A stretch of 35,424 bases of DNA. Origin: a virus. Made by a program: the position numbers and the translations under genes. The DNA is taken from UHGV virus genome UHGV-0155082. One strand, given 5' to 3'. Positions 1-9,521 of the stretch are shown here, one piece after another. Within the stretch, counting starts at the first letter, position 1. Every line of letters begins with the position of its first letter. The notes beneath the pieces are model-generated. The model searched no databases, was not told the origin of the DNA, and saw nothing but the letters and a program-made list of their open reading frames with translations.

Positions 1-49
1 AAGCATTTTTAATGTTATGCCGCCAAAGTGCCGCCACTGCATTTGATTG

Positions 50-1579
50 TTAGTTTTCATTTTGGGAAATTTTTTCCAGAACTGAGTCAACCATTTTTAT
101 TCCCATCTCATTTACTACATCAGAATTAATAACTCTATCAAAATAGCTTTCTATATGTTGGGAAAAAAGGAAGGCTGCACTGGATGGTTCTTTGTTCTTT
201 TCAACTGCGTATTGCAGAACCATATGAGGAGGCACATGTGCATTTTTGCAGGATGCAACAAGGTACTCAAATTCATCAAAAGCTAAGCAAAATATATTTT
301 CTTTAGGTATGTGGTAGTCAGTATTGAATTTATCATATATCTTTAGCATCTCAGTTTCTGCATATGTACTGGCAAGGAATGTACCATTACCTAAAAATAA
401 GTTTTTATATGTAATGCATATCACAAAAGATTCTTTCCTGAATGGGGTTATTGTTGCTTTATCGTCTAAGTAAATTTCTCTGTTAACTTCATGAGCTTGC
501 TCGATAGCTTTTAAAACAGACTTTTTTATTTTTCCTGAAATATCCTCTGGCCGTAAAGTAACCATGCCTTTTTGATGTATTTCAACCCCCTTGGCATCAA
601 TGAATATATTTGCATTCGCGTGTGGAAACAAAAAATCAACTACTTTATTATCTTTGGGTAACTTTTCTTTAAGATGATCCTCTGTGATAACAGGAATATT
701 ACTCTCTTGAATAATTTTTCCTAATGCTCTTTCGAATACAGTTCCAAAACTGTCCATGAATTTTTCAGCGTCAGTTCTTCTTAAAAGGTCATATATAAAT
801 GTTTGTATGCTTCTTGATGTTAGTTGTGCATGTATCTGGAAATAATCAGAACCTTTTTTGATTAAAGGATTTTCTAAGTACGGTGAAGATGAATAGTATT
901 CTAACAAAGGCTTTTCAAATGTCTTGGATTTTGAAAATTTTGATAGCTCACTGTAATTTATTGAGATTGCATCGAGAAAGTTCTCTACGGTATCTTTGGG
1001 TAAAATAGGGAATAACACACTGAAACTATTGACATTTATTTTTCTGACGGGATGTTCCGTTGTTATTAGTGATATTAAAATGTAAGATAGTTTTAAAAAA
1101 TCATCAATTGAAATGTTTGTTAACTTGAAAAACGATGTCTTTATTTTATGAGTGTTTTCGAGTTGTGAGAATAAAAATACCTGTCTGCTAATGGAGTTTA
1201 TTGCGTCAATTTTTTGATAAATACCTTGTTGGTATAAATTATTTCTTAGAAAAAAATGCACTCCGTTTTTCTTTTCAAGACCAATGGGGATGATACTTAA
1301 AGTTTCATAGGCTTTTTGAAATAGCTTGATGGCTTGATTTTTTGTAAGGGTTTTGAACTTTCTATTCTTGCCTATTACAGATGCTGACCATTTTAAACAT
1401 AAGTTTACTATCCACGGCATATGACGCAGCATGTGTAAATTATCATCAAATTTTTGTAGATTATATTGCATGCAGAATTCAATGAATAATTCGGGGTTAT
1501 AACTTTGAATTTCTGAACGAATAGAGTCCATTCTCAGTTTAGCAACAGCATCTGATTGAATGTCTATATTTTTAATCAC
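50..1579 (-). CDS. Hypothetical 509-aa protein, AT-rich accessory gene immediately downstream of int on the same strand; possible PD-(D/E)xK-like nuclease motif in the C-terminal half
   Basis: Long ORF with GTG start at 1579 preceded on the minus strand by GGAG about 8 nt upstream. Only 12 nt separate it from the int stop. Visibly AT-rich codon usage unlike the phage core. Motif VDFLFPHANANIFIDAKGVE resembles a D...(D/E)xK nuclease core. No family recognised by eye. Confidence 0.55.
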   Translation of the reverse strand: MIKNIDIQSDAVAKLRMDSIRSEIQSYNPELFIEFCMQYNLQKFDDNLHMLRHMPWIVNLCLKWSASVIGKNRKFKTLTKNQAIKLFQKAYETLSIIPIGLEKKNGVHFFLRNNLYQQGIYQKIDAINSISRQVFLFSQLENTHKIKTSFFKLTNISIDDFLKLSYILISLITTEHPVRKINVNSFSVLFPILPKDTVENFLDAISINYSELSKFSKSKTFEKPLLEYYSSSPYLENPLIKKGSDYFQIHAQLTSRSIQTFIYDLLRRTDAEKFMDSFGTVFERALGKIIQESNIPVITEDHLKEKLPKDNKVVDFLFPHANANIFIDAKGVEIHQKGMVTLRPEDISGKIKKSVLKAIEQAHEVNREIYLDDKATITPFRKESFVICITYKNLFLGNGTFLASTYAETEMLKIYDKFNTDYHIPKENIFCLAFDEFEYLVASCKNAHVPPHMVLQYAVEKNKEPSSAAFLFSQHIESYFDRVINSDVVNEMGIKMVDSVLEKISQNEN

Positions 1580-1591
1580 GATTATTCTCCA

Positions 1592-2605
1592 TTATAAATT
1601 GTGCAGAGGATTTTTGGTCACAGCATCTTCAAGATGTTCTGGGGCAAAATGAGCGTAAACCATTGTCATTTTAATATCTGAGTGCCCAAGAATATCGCGC
1701 AGAACCAGAATATTCCCGCCATTCATCATAAAATGACTGGCGAATGTATGACGCAGCACGTGGGTGCATTGGCCCTCTGGTAGCTCGATGCCTGCTCGCT
1801 TTACTGCTCGTTCAAAGGCTTTTCTGCACGGGGTGAATAGCTTCCCTCTGTTCTTGGGGAGTTCGTCATACAGATTTTGAGATATCGGCACGGTACGATT
1901 TTTCTTACCTTTTGTCTTGGTATAGGTGATCCGGTATTTTGATAACTGATGGCCCTGCAGGTTTTCTGCTTCACTCCATCGCGCACCAGTAGCCAGGCAT
2001 ATTTTTGCAATCATTAGTAGGCTGGTGTTTTGAGATTCGGCGCAGGCATTAAGCAGGCGTTTGATTTCGTCCGTGGAAAGAAAAGCCAGTTCACCTTCAG
2101 CAATTTTGAAGGTTGGAAGCCCAGCCAGCGGGTTTGGTGCGGACCAGTGTCCTAGTTTTTTCAATGTACCGAACACCGATGACAGGTTACGCTGCTCAAG
2201 ATTAACTGTGCGAGGTTTAACGGGTGACATGAACGAGCCGTCTTCATTTTGGACCTCCCCCTTTAATCTGGCTTCCCGATATTTTGTGAAATCACCTGCT
2301 GTCAGCTCAGAGGCGATGGGATCGCCTAGACCATTACAGATAATTCTAAGTTTCGCCATCAGGCGTTTGGGGTCTGCGAGTGTTTGACCATATAGGGAAT
2401 ACCACTGCTCAATCACTTCTGATAATCGCCGCCGATCTTCCTTCTCACCAAGCCATGGCTTTTTGTTTACTTCGTCCATGGTGAAGTTTTCGAATGCTAT
2501 GGCTTCGCCTTTCGTGGCAAATTGCTTACGCACGCGCTTGCCATTGCGTCCATTGGGATAGCACTCACACAACCATTTTCCGTTCGGCTGTTTTCTGATG
2601 GTCAT
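1592..2605 (-). CDS. int: Phage integrase, tyrosine site-specific recombinase (P2 Int-like)
   Basis: 337 aa, same length as P2 Int. C-terminal catalytic region ...CTHVLRHTFASHF...LGHSDIKMTMVYAHF contains the R/H-x-x-R-H...Y signature of tyrosine recombinases. Sits directly downstream of the repressor gene, as in the P2 C-int operon. Confidence 0.9.
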   Translation of the reverse strand: MTIRKQPNGKWLCECYPNGRNGKRVRKQFATKGEAIAFENFTMDEVNKKPWLGEKEDRRRLSEVIEQWYSLYGQTLADPKRLMAKLRIICNGLGDPIASELTAGDFTKYREARLKGEVQNEDGSFMSPVKPRTVNLEQRNLSSVFGTLKKLGHWSAPNPLAGLPTFKIAEGELAFLSTDEIKRLLNACAESQNTSLLMIAKICLATGARWSEAENLQGHQLSKYRITYTKTKGKKNRTVPISQNLYDELPKNRGKLFTPCRKAFERAVKRAGIELPEGQCTHVLRHTFASHFMMNGGNILVLRDILGHSDIKMTMVYAHFAPEHLEDAVTKNPLHNL

Positions 2606-2606
2606 A

Positions 2607-3239
2607 TCAAAGGCTCTTAATGATTTTCAGTGCACGGCCTACTACCTCAATGTCATCCAGGCCACACTCAAACGATGAATCATCCTGATGCACTACTAAT
2701 CTGTTTCCCGGGAGTCGAGTCAATTTAACAATGCTTTTTATCCCGTCGATATCGACTAACCACATACCATTCACTGGTGGTGTTTGGTTGCGATCTATTA
2801 AATAAGAATCACCGGAAGTAGTCACCAGCAGCAGGTTGCTTGAGTCTGAGGGGAGTATGCTGCTATCAATGATTGCTTTTCCAGCATCGACCAATAAACC
2901 ACCGTTGAGAGTTGCCTTGTCAATTTCAGGAGATACAAGCTCAGAAAGAGGTTTAACTTTGCTTGAGTTCACGAAATTGATATTTTTTTTAGGGTCAATA
3001 TTTGAACCTGGCTCGCCCTGTCCGGTGGTTAGCCACAGTAAAGAAACTCCTGTTTCCAGGGCGCACTGAATCACCCACTCAGCTGGAAAACTATCTCTTA
3101 AATATCTGTTTGCCATGGTACTTTTTGATGCGCCTAAGTGATCGCAAAGTTGCTGTCTGGACTTGAAATCATAGGCTGCCATTAGTCTATGGATAGCCTC
3201 TCTTCCCCCTGTATTCTCACCAGCCTTTACTTGTACCAT
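2607..3239 (-). CDS. Immunity repressor, 186 CI-type (N-terminal HTH, C-terminal S24/oligomerisation-like domain)
   Basis: 210 aa. N-terminal HTH-like segment KSRQQLCDHLGASKSTMANRYL. C-terminal GMWLVDIDGIKSIVKL resembles LexA/CI-type beta domain. Positioned divergently from the cox/apl-like gene and upstream of int. Confidence 0.7.
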   Translation of the reverse strand: MVQVKAGENTGGREAIHRLMAAYDFKSRQQLCDHLGASKSTMANRYLRDSFPAEWVIQCALETGVSLLWLTTGQGEPGSNIDPKKNINFVNSSKVKPLSELVSPEIDKATLNGGLLVDAGKAIIDSSILPSDSSNLLLVTTSGDSYLIDRNQTPPVNGMWLVDIDGIKSIVKLTRLPGNRLVVHQDDSSFECGLDDIEVVGRALKIIKSL

Positions 3240-3358
3240 TTTTTAATCCTGTTGACGTATCAAATATTGGATTGTAGTATCTCGATGTATTAAATATTGA
3301 ATCAAATAAAACAAGATAAAACGACGTAAACCAAACCTTAATCTAGAGATACTGCACT
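3240..3358. promoter_or_regulatory. Lysis-lysogeny switch region with divergent promoters and candidate repressor operators
   Basis: 119-bp AT-rich intergenic region between the divergent CI-like and Apl/Cox-like genes. Contains TTGACG (3251..3256) and two copies of AAATATTG-A-T about 30 bp apart (tcAAATATTGGATT ... tTAAATATTGAATC). Confidence 0.5.
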
Positions 3359-3601
3359 ATGAGCACTGATATTTCAATTCGTGTACCAAAAGAGATGGCT
3401 ACGCCTGCAGAGTTCGCAGAGTGGGAGGGCATTTCCCGTGGCTCTGTTTACCAAAAAATTCACCATGGTCAACTTGCTAAGTACATGGTCAAGAAAGAAA
3501 AAAACAAAGGCCGCGTAAGCCTGCGTTATCTGATGTACAAAACCGATCAGGTCCGTGAATCCCTCGGTCATTCCAACTTCCGCGTCATTGTTGGTAAGTA
3601 A
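3359..3601 (+). CDS. Apl/Cox-like small DNA-binding regulator/excisionase
   Basis: 80-aa ORF, first gene of the early rightward operon, divergent from the repressor. HTH-like PAEFAEWEGISRGSVYQKIHHGQL. Position equals P2 cox / 186 apl. Confidence 0.6.
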   Translation: MSTDISIRVPKEMATPAEFAEWEGISRGSVYQKIHHGQLAKYMVKKEKNKGRVSLRYLMYKTDQVRESLGHSNFRVIVGK

Positions 3602-3633
3602 GTTCAATTATGGGAACTTTCTAAGGGGGCACC

Positions 3634-4143
3634 ATGTTTGATTACAAGATTTCCAAACATCCGCATTTTGATGAAGCCTGTAGGGCTTTTGCACTACGCC
3701 ACAACCTGGTGCAACTGGCAGAACGTGCAGGCATGAATGTGCAGATTCTGCGGAACAAGCTGAACCCAGCTCAACCTCATTTATTAACCGCACCAGAAAT
3801 CTGGCAGCTTACCGATCTGACTGAAGATTCAACGCTGGTAGACGGTTTTCTGGCACAGATTCATTGTCTGCCATGTGTACCGATTAATGAGGTGGCAAAA
3901 GAGAAACTGCCACATTACGTTATGAGTGCAACTGCAGAGATAGGGCGTGTCGCGGCAGGTGCGGTTTCTGGCGATGTAAAAACCAGTGCAGGCCGTCGTG
4001 ATGCGATCAGCAGCATTAACTCTGTTACACGACTGATGGCGCTGGCTGCTGTTTCATTGCAGGCCCGTTTACAGGCTAATCCTGCGATGGCGAGTGCAGT
4101 TGATACCGTGACTGGCCTCGGTGCCTCATTCGGTTTGCTGTGA
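3634..4143 (+). CDS. CII-like lysogeny establishment regulator (186 CII / CP76 family)
   Basis: 169 aa, the length of 186 CII. Second gene of the early operon. RBS GGGGG before the ATG. Alanine-rich C-terminus. Confidence 0.55.
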   Translation: MFDYKISKHPHFDEACRAFALRHNLVQLAERAGMNVQILRNKLNPAQPHLLTAPEIWQLTDLTEDSTLVDGFLAQIHCLPCVPINEVAKEKLPHYVMSATAEIGRVAAGAVSGDVKTSAGRRDAISSINSVTRLMALAAVSLQARLQANPAMASAVDTVTGLGASFGLL

Positions 4144-4150
4144 GGTGCTT

Positions 4151-4351
4151 ATGCTGACGAAAGAACCATCATTTGCATCGCTGCTGGTAAAACAAAGCCC
4201 GGCAATGCACTACGGTCACGGCTGGATCATGGGGGAGGATGGTAAACGCTGGCATCCGTGCCGTTCACAAGATGAATTGCTGGCAGAACTATCTACGAAA
4301 AAACGGGGGAACAAATGGCTATTGAAGGCGCTGCGGCGACTGTTCCATTAA
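4151..4351 (+). CDS. Small early protein, hypothetical (position of 186 fil)
   Basis: ATG at 4151 preceded by GAGGTG. About 66 aa. Synteny only. Confidence 0.35.
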   Translation: MLTKEPSFASLLVKQSPAMHYGHGWIMGEDGKRWHPCRSQDELLAELSTKKRGNKWLLKALRRLFH

Positions 4352-4656
4352 GCCCCGGTGAACGCCTGAATGGACTTAACCATATTGCGGAGTTAAGGGC
4401 GAAAGTATTTGGCCTGAATATTGAGTCAGAGCTTGAGCGGTTTATTAAAGATATGCGTGATCCACGGGATATCAATAACGAACAAAATAAACGGGCACTG
4501 GCTGCTATATTCTTTATGGCAAAAATTCCAGCTGAACGTCATAGCATCAGCATTAATGAGCTGACCACTGACGAAAAGCGGGAGTTGATTAAAGCAATGA
4601 ATCATTTTCGTGCAGTGGTGAGCTTATTTCCCAGACGGCTAACCATGCCGAATTAA
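4315..4656 (+). CDS. Hypothetical early protein (113 aa)
   Basis: ORF with ATG at 4315 preceded by GGGGGAA. Overlaps the preceding small ORF by 37 nt. Confidence 0.45.
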   Translation: MAIEGAAATVPLSPGERLNGLNHIAELRAKVFGLNIESELERFIKDMRDPRDINNEQNKRALAAIFFMAKIPAERHSISINELTTDEKRELIKAMNHFRAVVSLFPRRLTMPN

Positions 4657-4723
4657 CCAACTAATGAAATTAATGGCGTAAACCCGCCGGGCATCCCTTT
4701 ATCTAAATTCAGGAGAATTGATT

Positions 4724-4957
4724 ATGCGTAATATTGAAACCCTCTCGACCAAAACCGGACCGGATGACGCAGGGCTTAATATTTTACTGACAGAGGCTCG
4801 TCTGGAAGAACGCCGGGCAAGGGCTGAAGCAATGGCAGCTCGCCTTGATAGCCTGGCGTGTCATATCACATCCCGCCAGCTAACCCACGTCGAAGCGGCA
4901 GAACTGCTTCGTGTGACTGCTGAAGCAATCCAGAACGAAGTGCAGGAGATCCACTAA
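4724..4957 (+). CDS. Hypothetical early protein (77 aa)
   Basis: ATG at 4724 preceded by AGGAG at 8-nt spacing. Stop overlaps the start of the next gene (TAATG). Confidence 0.5.
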   Translation: MRNIETLSTKTGPDDAGLNILLTEARLEERRARAEAMAARLDSLACHITSRQLTHVEAAELLRVTAEAIQNEVQEIH

Positions 4958-5184
4958 TGGCTGATGCAATGGATCTCGTACAGCAGCGCGTTGAAGAAGA
5001 ACGCCAACGCCATATCCGTGCTGCCCGTGCCAAAACGCCGGGCGTGTCCCGCGTGCTTTGCATTGAGTGTGAAGCGCCAATTCCGCCAGCACGCCGCCGT
5101 GCCATTCCGGGTGTGCAGCTTTGCATTACCTGTCAGGAAATCGCAGAGCTGAAAGGCAAACATTACAACGGAGGTGCTGTATGA
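4957..5184 (+). CDS. DksA/TraR-family C4 zinc-finger protein
   Basis: 75 aa with CIECEAPIP...(17 aa)...CITCQE, i.e. C-x2-C ... C-x2-C typical of the TraR/DksA C4 finger. Start overlaps the upstream stop. Confidence 0.65.
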   Translation: MADAMDLVQQRVEEERQRHIRAARAKTPGVSRVLCIECEAPIPPARRRAIPGVQLCITCQEIAELKGKHYNGGAV

Positions 5185-6038
5185 GCACCATCCTGAAATG
5201 GGCGGGAAATAAAACTGCCATAATGTCCGAACTGAAAAAACATCTTCCTGCTGGCCCGCGACTGGTTGAACCTTTCGCGGGTTCCTGTGCTGTGATGATG
5301 GAGACGGATTATCCCAGCTATCTGGTTGCGGATATTAATCCTGATTTAATCAACATCTATAAAAAGGTTGCCGCTGATTGTGAATCGTTTATATCTCGCG
5401 CCAGAGTTTTATTTAAGGAAGCAAACAGGGAGGTGGCTTATTACAACATAAGGCAGGAGTTTAATTACTCAACTGAAATTACTGATTTCATGAAAGCGGT
5501 ATATTTCCTGTATCTCAATCGTCACGGTTACCGTGGTTTATGTCGCTATAACAAGAGCGGGCATTTCAACATTCCCTACGGTAATTATAAAAATCCGTAT
5601 TTCCCTGAAAAAGAAATTCGCGCATTTGCAGAAAAGGCCCAGCGAGCAACGTTTATCTGCGCCAGCTTTGATGAAACGCTGGCGATGTTGAAGGCGGGGG
5701 ATGTGGTGTATTGCGATCCGCCGTATGACGGTACGTTTTCCGGCTATCACACTGACGGCTTCACTGAAGATGACCAGTATCACCTGGCATCTGTTCTTGA
5801 ACATCGGTCATCAGAAGGACATCCGGTCATTGTTTCTAACAGTGACACATCCCTGATCCGTTCGCTGTATCGCAATTTTACTCACCACTACATCAAGGCA
5901 AAACGCAGCATCGGTGTGGCAGCTGGCGAGGGTAAATCAGCAACAGAAATCATTGCTGTTTCCGGGCCGCGCTGCTGGGTGGGATTTGATTATTCGCGTG
6001 GCGTGGATAGTTCTGCCGTGTACGGAGTACGTGCATGA
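5181..6038 (+). CDS. dam: DNA adenine methyltransferase (Dam-like, N6-adenine MTase)
   Basis: ATG at 5181 preceded by GGAGGTG. N-terminal [11 protein letters not shown]...EPFAGSCAV (AdoMet-binding motif I) and catalytic DPPY motif ([10 protein letters not shown]). Confidence 0.85.
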   Translation: MSTILKWAGNKTAIMSELKKHLPAGPRLVEPFAGSCAVMMETDYPSYLVADINPDLINIYKKVAADCESFISRARVLFKEANREVAYYNIRQEFNYSTEITDFMKAVYFLYLNRHGYRGLCRYNKSGHFNIPYGNYKNPYFPEKEIRAFAEKAQRATFICASFDETLAMLKAGDVVYCDPPYDGTFSGYHTDGFTEDDQYHLASVLEHRSSEGHPVIVSNSDTSLIRSLYRNFTHHYIKAKRSIGVAAGEGKSATEIIAVSGPRCWVGFDYSRGVDSSAVYGVRA

Positions 6039-8449
6039 GTCATGCCGATATGAACAACTGCTGCGGCTTTAACGAAGCTGCCGCATCGTTCTCATGGAAC
6101 AGCCCGAAAAAGGCCATTAACCCTTATCTGGACCCGGTGGAAGTTGCGCCGGTTTCTACGCTTTCAAACCTGATCACTCTGTACGCTGCCGATAACGAGC
6201 AGGAACAGCTGCGCCGTGAGGCGCTGAGTGATCAGGTCTGGGAGCGTTATTTCTTTAATGAATCCCGTGATCCTGTCCAGCGCGAAATGGAACAGGATAA
6301 GCTCATTAGTCGGGCAAAGCTGGCGCATGAGCAGCAGCGTTTTAATCCGGATATGGTCATTCTGGCGGACGTCAACGCCCAGCCCTCCCATATCAGCAAG
6401 CCGCTGATGCAACGTATTGAATATTTCAGCAGCCTGGGCAGGCCAAAGGCTTATTCCCGCTATTTGCGTGAGACGATTAAGCCATGTCTGGAACGACTGG
6501 AGCATGTCCGCGACTGTCAGCTATCCACTTCTTTTCGCTTTATGGCAAGCCATGAAGGGCTGGATGGCCTGCTTATCCTGCCTGAAATGAGTCAGGATCA
6601 GGTGAAGCGCCTGTCTACCCTTGTCGCTGCGCATATGAGCATGTGCCTTGATGCCGCTTGTGGTGATTTGTATGCCACCGATGACGTTAAGCCAGAAGAA
6701 ATCCGCAAAACATGGGAAAAGGTGGCAGCGGAAACCCTGCGTCTGGATGTTATTCCGCCTGCGTTTGAGCAACTCCGTCGGAAAAGAAACCGCCGTAAAC
6801 CCGTGCCCTATGAACTCATTCCGGGTTCGTTGGCGCGTATGTTGTGTGCCGACTGGTGGTATCGGAAATTATGGAAGATGCGTTGCGAATGGCGGGAAGA
6901 GCAGTTGCGTGCTGTCTGCCTGGTCAGCAAAAAAGCATCCCCCTATGTCAGCTATGAAGCCGTGATGCATAAACGTGAGCAGCGCCGTAAGTCGCTGGAG
7001 TTTTTCCGTTCTCATGAACTGGTGAACGAAGACGGCGACACGCTGGATATGGAAGATGTGGTAAACGCCAGCAGCAGCAACCCGGCGCATCGCCGCAATG
7101 AGATGATGGCCTGTGTTAAAGGTCTGGAGCTTATCGCGGAAATGCGCAGTGACTGCGCCGTTTTCTACACTATCACCTGTCCGTCGCGTTTCCATTCCAC
7201 GCTCAATAACGGCAGACCCAACCCGACCTGGACAAACTCGACGGTAAGACAAAGCAGCGACTATCTGGTCGGCATGTTTGCTGCATTTCGTAAGGCGATG
7301 CACAAAGCCGGATTGCGCTGGTATGGCGTGCGGGTGGCTGAGCCGCATCATGACGGTACAGTTCACTGGCACCTGTTGTGTTTTATGCGCAAAAAAGACC
7401 GCCGCGCCATCACTGCATTACTGCGTAAGTTTGCCATCCGTGAAGACCGCGAGGAGCTGGGCAATAACACTGGGCCGCGCTTTAAGTCTGAGTTGATTAA
7501 CCCGCGCAAAGGAACGCCGACAAGCTACATCGCGAAATATATCAGTAAGAACATTGACGGGCGTGGTCTGGCTGGCGAGATCAGCAAGGAAACGGGTAAA
7601 TCTCTGCGTGATAACGCTGAATACGTTAATGCCTGGGCGTCTCTGCATCGTGTTCAGCAATTCCGCTTCTTTGGCATTCCGGGGCGTCAGGCTTACCGTG
7701 AACTGCGATTGCTGGCTGGTCAGGCGGCAAGGCAACAGGGTGACAAAAAAGCAGGTGCTCCGGTACTGGATAACCCGCGCCTTGATGCCATTCTGGCTGC
7801 TGCTGATGCTGGCTGTTTTGCCACCTACATTATGAAGCAGGGCGGCGTGTTGGTTCCCCGCAAATATCACTTGATCAGAACCGCTTATGAAATCAACGAA
7901 GAGCCGACCGCCTATGGCGATCACGGCATTCGTATTTATGGCATCTGGTCACCCATTGCAGAGGGCAAGATCTGCACTCATGCAGTGAAGTGGAAAATGG
8001 TTCGTAAGGCCGTTGACGTTCAGGAGGCGGCAGCCGACCAGGGCGCTTGCGCCCCTTGGACTCGTGGCAATAACTGTCCCCTTGCTGAAAATTTGTACCA
8101 ACAAGGGAAAGACAAATCAGCTGATGGAGATACCAGAACGGATATCACCCGCATGGATGACAAGGAGTTGCACGATTACCTGCACAGTATGAGCAAAAAA
8201 GAGCGCCGGGAACTGGCTGCAAGGTTACGCCTGGTGAAACCGAAACGGCGTAAAGACTACAAACAGCGAATTACAGACCATCAGCGACAGCAGCTCGTCT
8301 ATGAACTGGAGTCCAGAGGATTTAATGGCAGCGAGAAAGAGGTCGATTTACTCCTTCGCGGCGGCAGTATTCCGTCAGGAGCAGGTCTGCGTATCTTCTA
8401 TCGGAACCAGCGTTTGCAGGAAGATGATAAGTGGCGAAACCTGTATTAA
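6035..8449 (+). CDS. A: Replication initiation endonuclease (P2 gpA-like rolling-circle initiator)
   Basis: 804 aa. HUH-type motif VHWHLLCF and paired active-site tyrosines YIAKYISKN. Start overlaps the dam stop (ATGA). Position after the early genes as in P2. Confidence 0.9.
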   Translation: MSHADMNNCCGFNEAAASFSWNSPKKAINPYLDPVEVAPVSTLSNLITLYAADNEQEQLRREALSDQVWERYFFNESRDPVQREMEQDKLISRAKLAHEQQRFNPDMVILADVNAQPSHISKPLMQRIEYFSSLGRPKAYSRYLRETIKPCLERLEHVRDCQLSTSFRFMASHEGLDGLLILPEMSQDQVKRLSTLVAAHMSMCLDAACGDLYATDDVKPEEIRKTWEKVAAETLRLDVIPPAFEQLRRKRNRRKPVPYELIPGSLARMLCADWWYRKLWKMRCEWREEQLRAVCLVSKKASPYVSYEAVMHKREQRRKSLEFFRSHELVNEDGDTLDMEDVVNASSSNPAHRRNEMMACVKGLELIAEMRSDCAVFYTITCPSRFHSTLNNGRPNPTWTNSTVRQSSDYLVGMFAAFRKAMHKAGLRWYGVRVAEPHHDGTVHWHLLCFMRKKDRRAITALLRKFAIREDREELGNNTGPRFKSELINPRKGTPTSYIAKYISKNIDGRGLAGEISKETGKSLRDNAEYVNAWASLHRVQQFRFFGIPGRQAYRELRLLAGQAARQQGDKKAGAPVLDNPRLDAILAAADAGCFATYIMKQGGVLVPRKYHLIRTAYEINEEPTAYGDHGIRIYGIWSPIAEGKICTHAVKWKMVRKAVDVQEAAADQGACAPWTRGNNCPLAENLYQQGKDKSADGDTRTDITRMDDKELHDYLHSMSKKERRELAARLRLVKPKRRKDYKQRITDHQRQQLVYELESRGFNGSEKEVDLLLRGGSIPSGAGLRIFYRNQRLQEDDKWRNLY

Positions 8450-8541
8450 TTACGAGGGTTAACAATTCGTGCTCTTAATAATACCAGGCATATCAGGCTG
8501 ATGAACGTAAAAAAACGTTTTGCATCAGTAAGATTATTATA

Positions 8542-8561
8542 TACTGTAAATATAAACAGTG
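8542..8561. promoter_or_regulatory. LexA (SOS) box
   Basis: taCTGTaaatataaACAGtg matches the CTGT-N8-ACAG SOS-box consensus. Lies about 40 bp upstream of the RBS and ATG of the 8603 ORF. Confidence 0.65.
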
Positions 8562-8602
8562 GTTATGTATACAGTATTGCTTGTGGTGTCATAGGAGGAA
8601 AG

Positions 8603-8791
8603 ATGCAGGACTATTTTTTGGAGTCTTTGAAGCTCCAGCGCATTGATTTTTTTCTTAAGCTTGTAGCGGCTAGTGAGTGTAGTGATGAAGAGAAGGGGCT
8701 GGCTTTGCAGTGGGTTTCTGAACTGACAGATGAACTCATGGCAAAAATCAGAAGCCACGAATACAACCGCTCAATGGATGTCATCAGCTGA
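8603..8791 (+). CDS. Small SOS-regulated protein (62 aa), possible Tum-like antirepressor
   Basis: ATG at 8603 preceded by AGGAGG. Directly downstream of the LexA box. Followed by a DinI-like ORF, an arrangement reminiscent of 186 tum. Confidence 0.45.
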   Translation: MQDYFLESLKLQRIDFFLKLVAASECSDEEKGLALQWVSELTDELMAKIRSHEYNRSMDVIS

Positions 8792-8801
8792 GGGGACTTT
8801 T

Positions 8802-9035
8802 ATGCGCATTGAAATAATGATCGATAAAGAGCAGAAGATTAGCCAGTCTACCCTGGACGCCCTTGAATCCGAGCTTTACCGCAATCTGCGCCCCCTGTAT
8901 CCCAAAACGGTAATTCGTATCCGTAAAGGTAGCTCTAACGGTGTGGAACTGACCGGACTGCAACTGGACGAAGAAAGGAAGCAAGTGATGAAAATTATGC
9001 AGAAGGTGTGGGAAGACGACAGCTGGCTGCATTAA
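8802..9035 (+). CDS. DinI-family protein
   Basis: 77 aa starting MRIEIMIDK...; the pattern MRIE..I.K......DAL..EL.R.......P....V.....S.......G..........I..I....WE..D.W matches E. coli DinI. RBS GAGGGGA upstream. Confidence 0.75.
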   Translation: MRIEIMIDKEQKISQSTLDALESELYRNLRPLYPKTVIRIRKGSSNGVELTGLQLDEERKQVMKIMQKVWEDDSWLH

Positions 9036-9305
9036 GAAACGTTGCTGGCGTCTGAACTTGCTTCTGGCGTCAGCAAGGTTGAACAACGAGCTGTGCGAGG
9101 CGTTAGTGTCAATTTGTTACCTTAACCACGATATATGCCAGGAAATTAACAGTTCTTAAGAAACCGCTTGCATGATCGAGCGCATTGAACTTAAGTTTAA
9201 GTAACGAAATCAACAGATGATATTGTTGTCTAAATTTTAAAGATAATCTGTTGAGGTTGTAGGCGTCGGAGTGTAGACTTCCGCGCCATGTAAAAAGGGG
9301 GAGTT

Positions 9306-9521
9306 ATGTCAAGCATCGCCGCATTTAGCCTGGGTAACCCAGTTGAACGTCTGGCAAGGGTTCTTAAAGAGAACCAGGACAAACTCAATCTTAGTAAAGA
9401 TGGTTTTGTGTCCGTAGACTTGTCTAACAAAAGAGCAATGGATGCCATCAAGGCACAGATGGATAAGCTTGAAGGCATCAAAACGAGCACTGTAAAAGAG
9501 AAAACTAATAGAACCAGATAA
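9306..9521 (+). CDS. Hypothetical 71-aa soluble protein, first gene of a two-gene accessory operon
   Basis: ATG preceded by AAGGGGGAG. Stop TAA overlaps the ATG of the downstream 280-aa gene (TAATG). No recognisable motif. Confidence 0.5.
   Translation: MSSIAAFSLGNPVERLARVLKENQDKLNLSKDGFVSVDLSNKRAMDAIKAQMDKLEGIKTSTVKEKTNRTR

Noticed and set aside
1801-2387. Small ORFs (69 aa minus, 108 aa plus) within the integrase gene
   Set aside because: Overlap the integrase coding frame, which has the catalytic motif. Not independently supported.
3374-3793. 77-aa and 61-aa minus-strand ORFs over the apl/cox and cII start region
   Set aside because: Antisense to the early operon. The plus-strand genes have RBSs and expected synteny.
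6869-7924. 167-aa and 168-aa minus-strand ORFs inside replication gene A
   Set aside because: Both are antisense to the 804-aa A gene, which carries clear HUH and Tyr motifs. No start signals.
9087-9305. Possible hairpin or repeat in the intergenic region after the DinI-like gene (ctggcgtc repeated)
   Set aside because: The two copies are direct rather than inverted and do not form a convincing stem with a T-run. Left unannotated.
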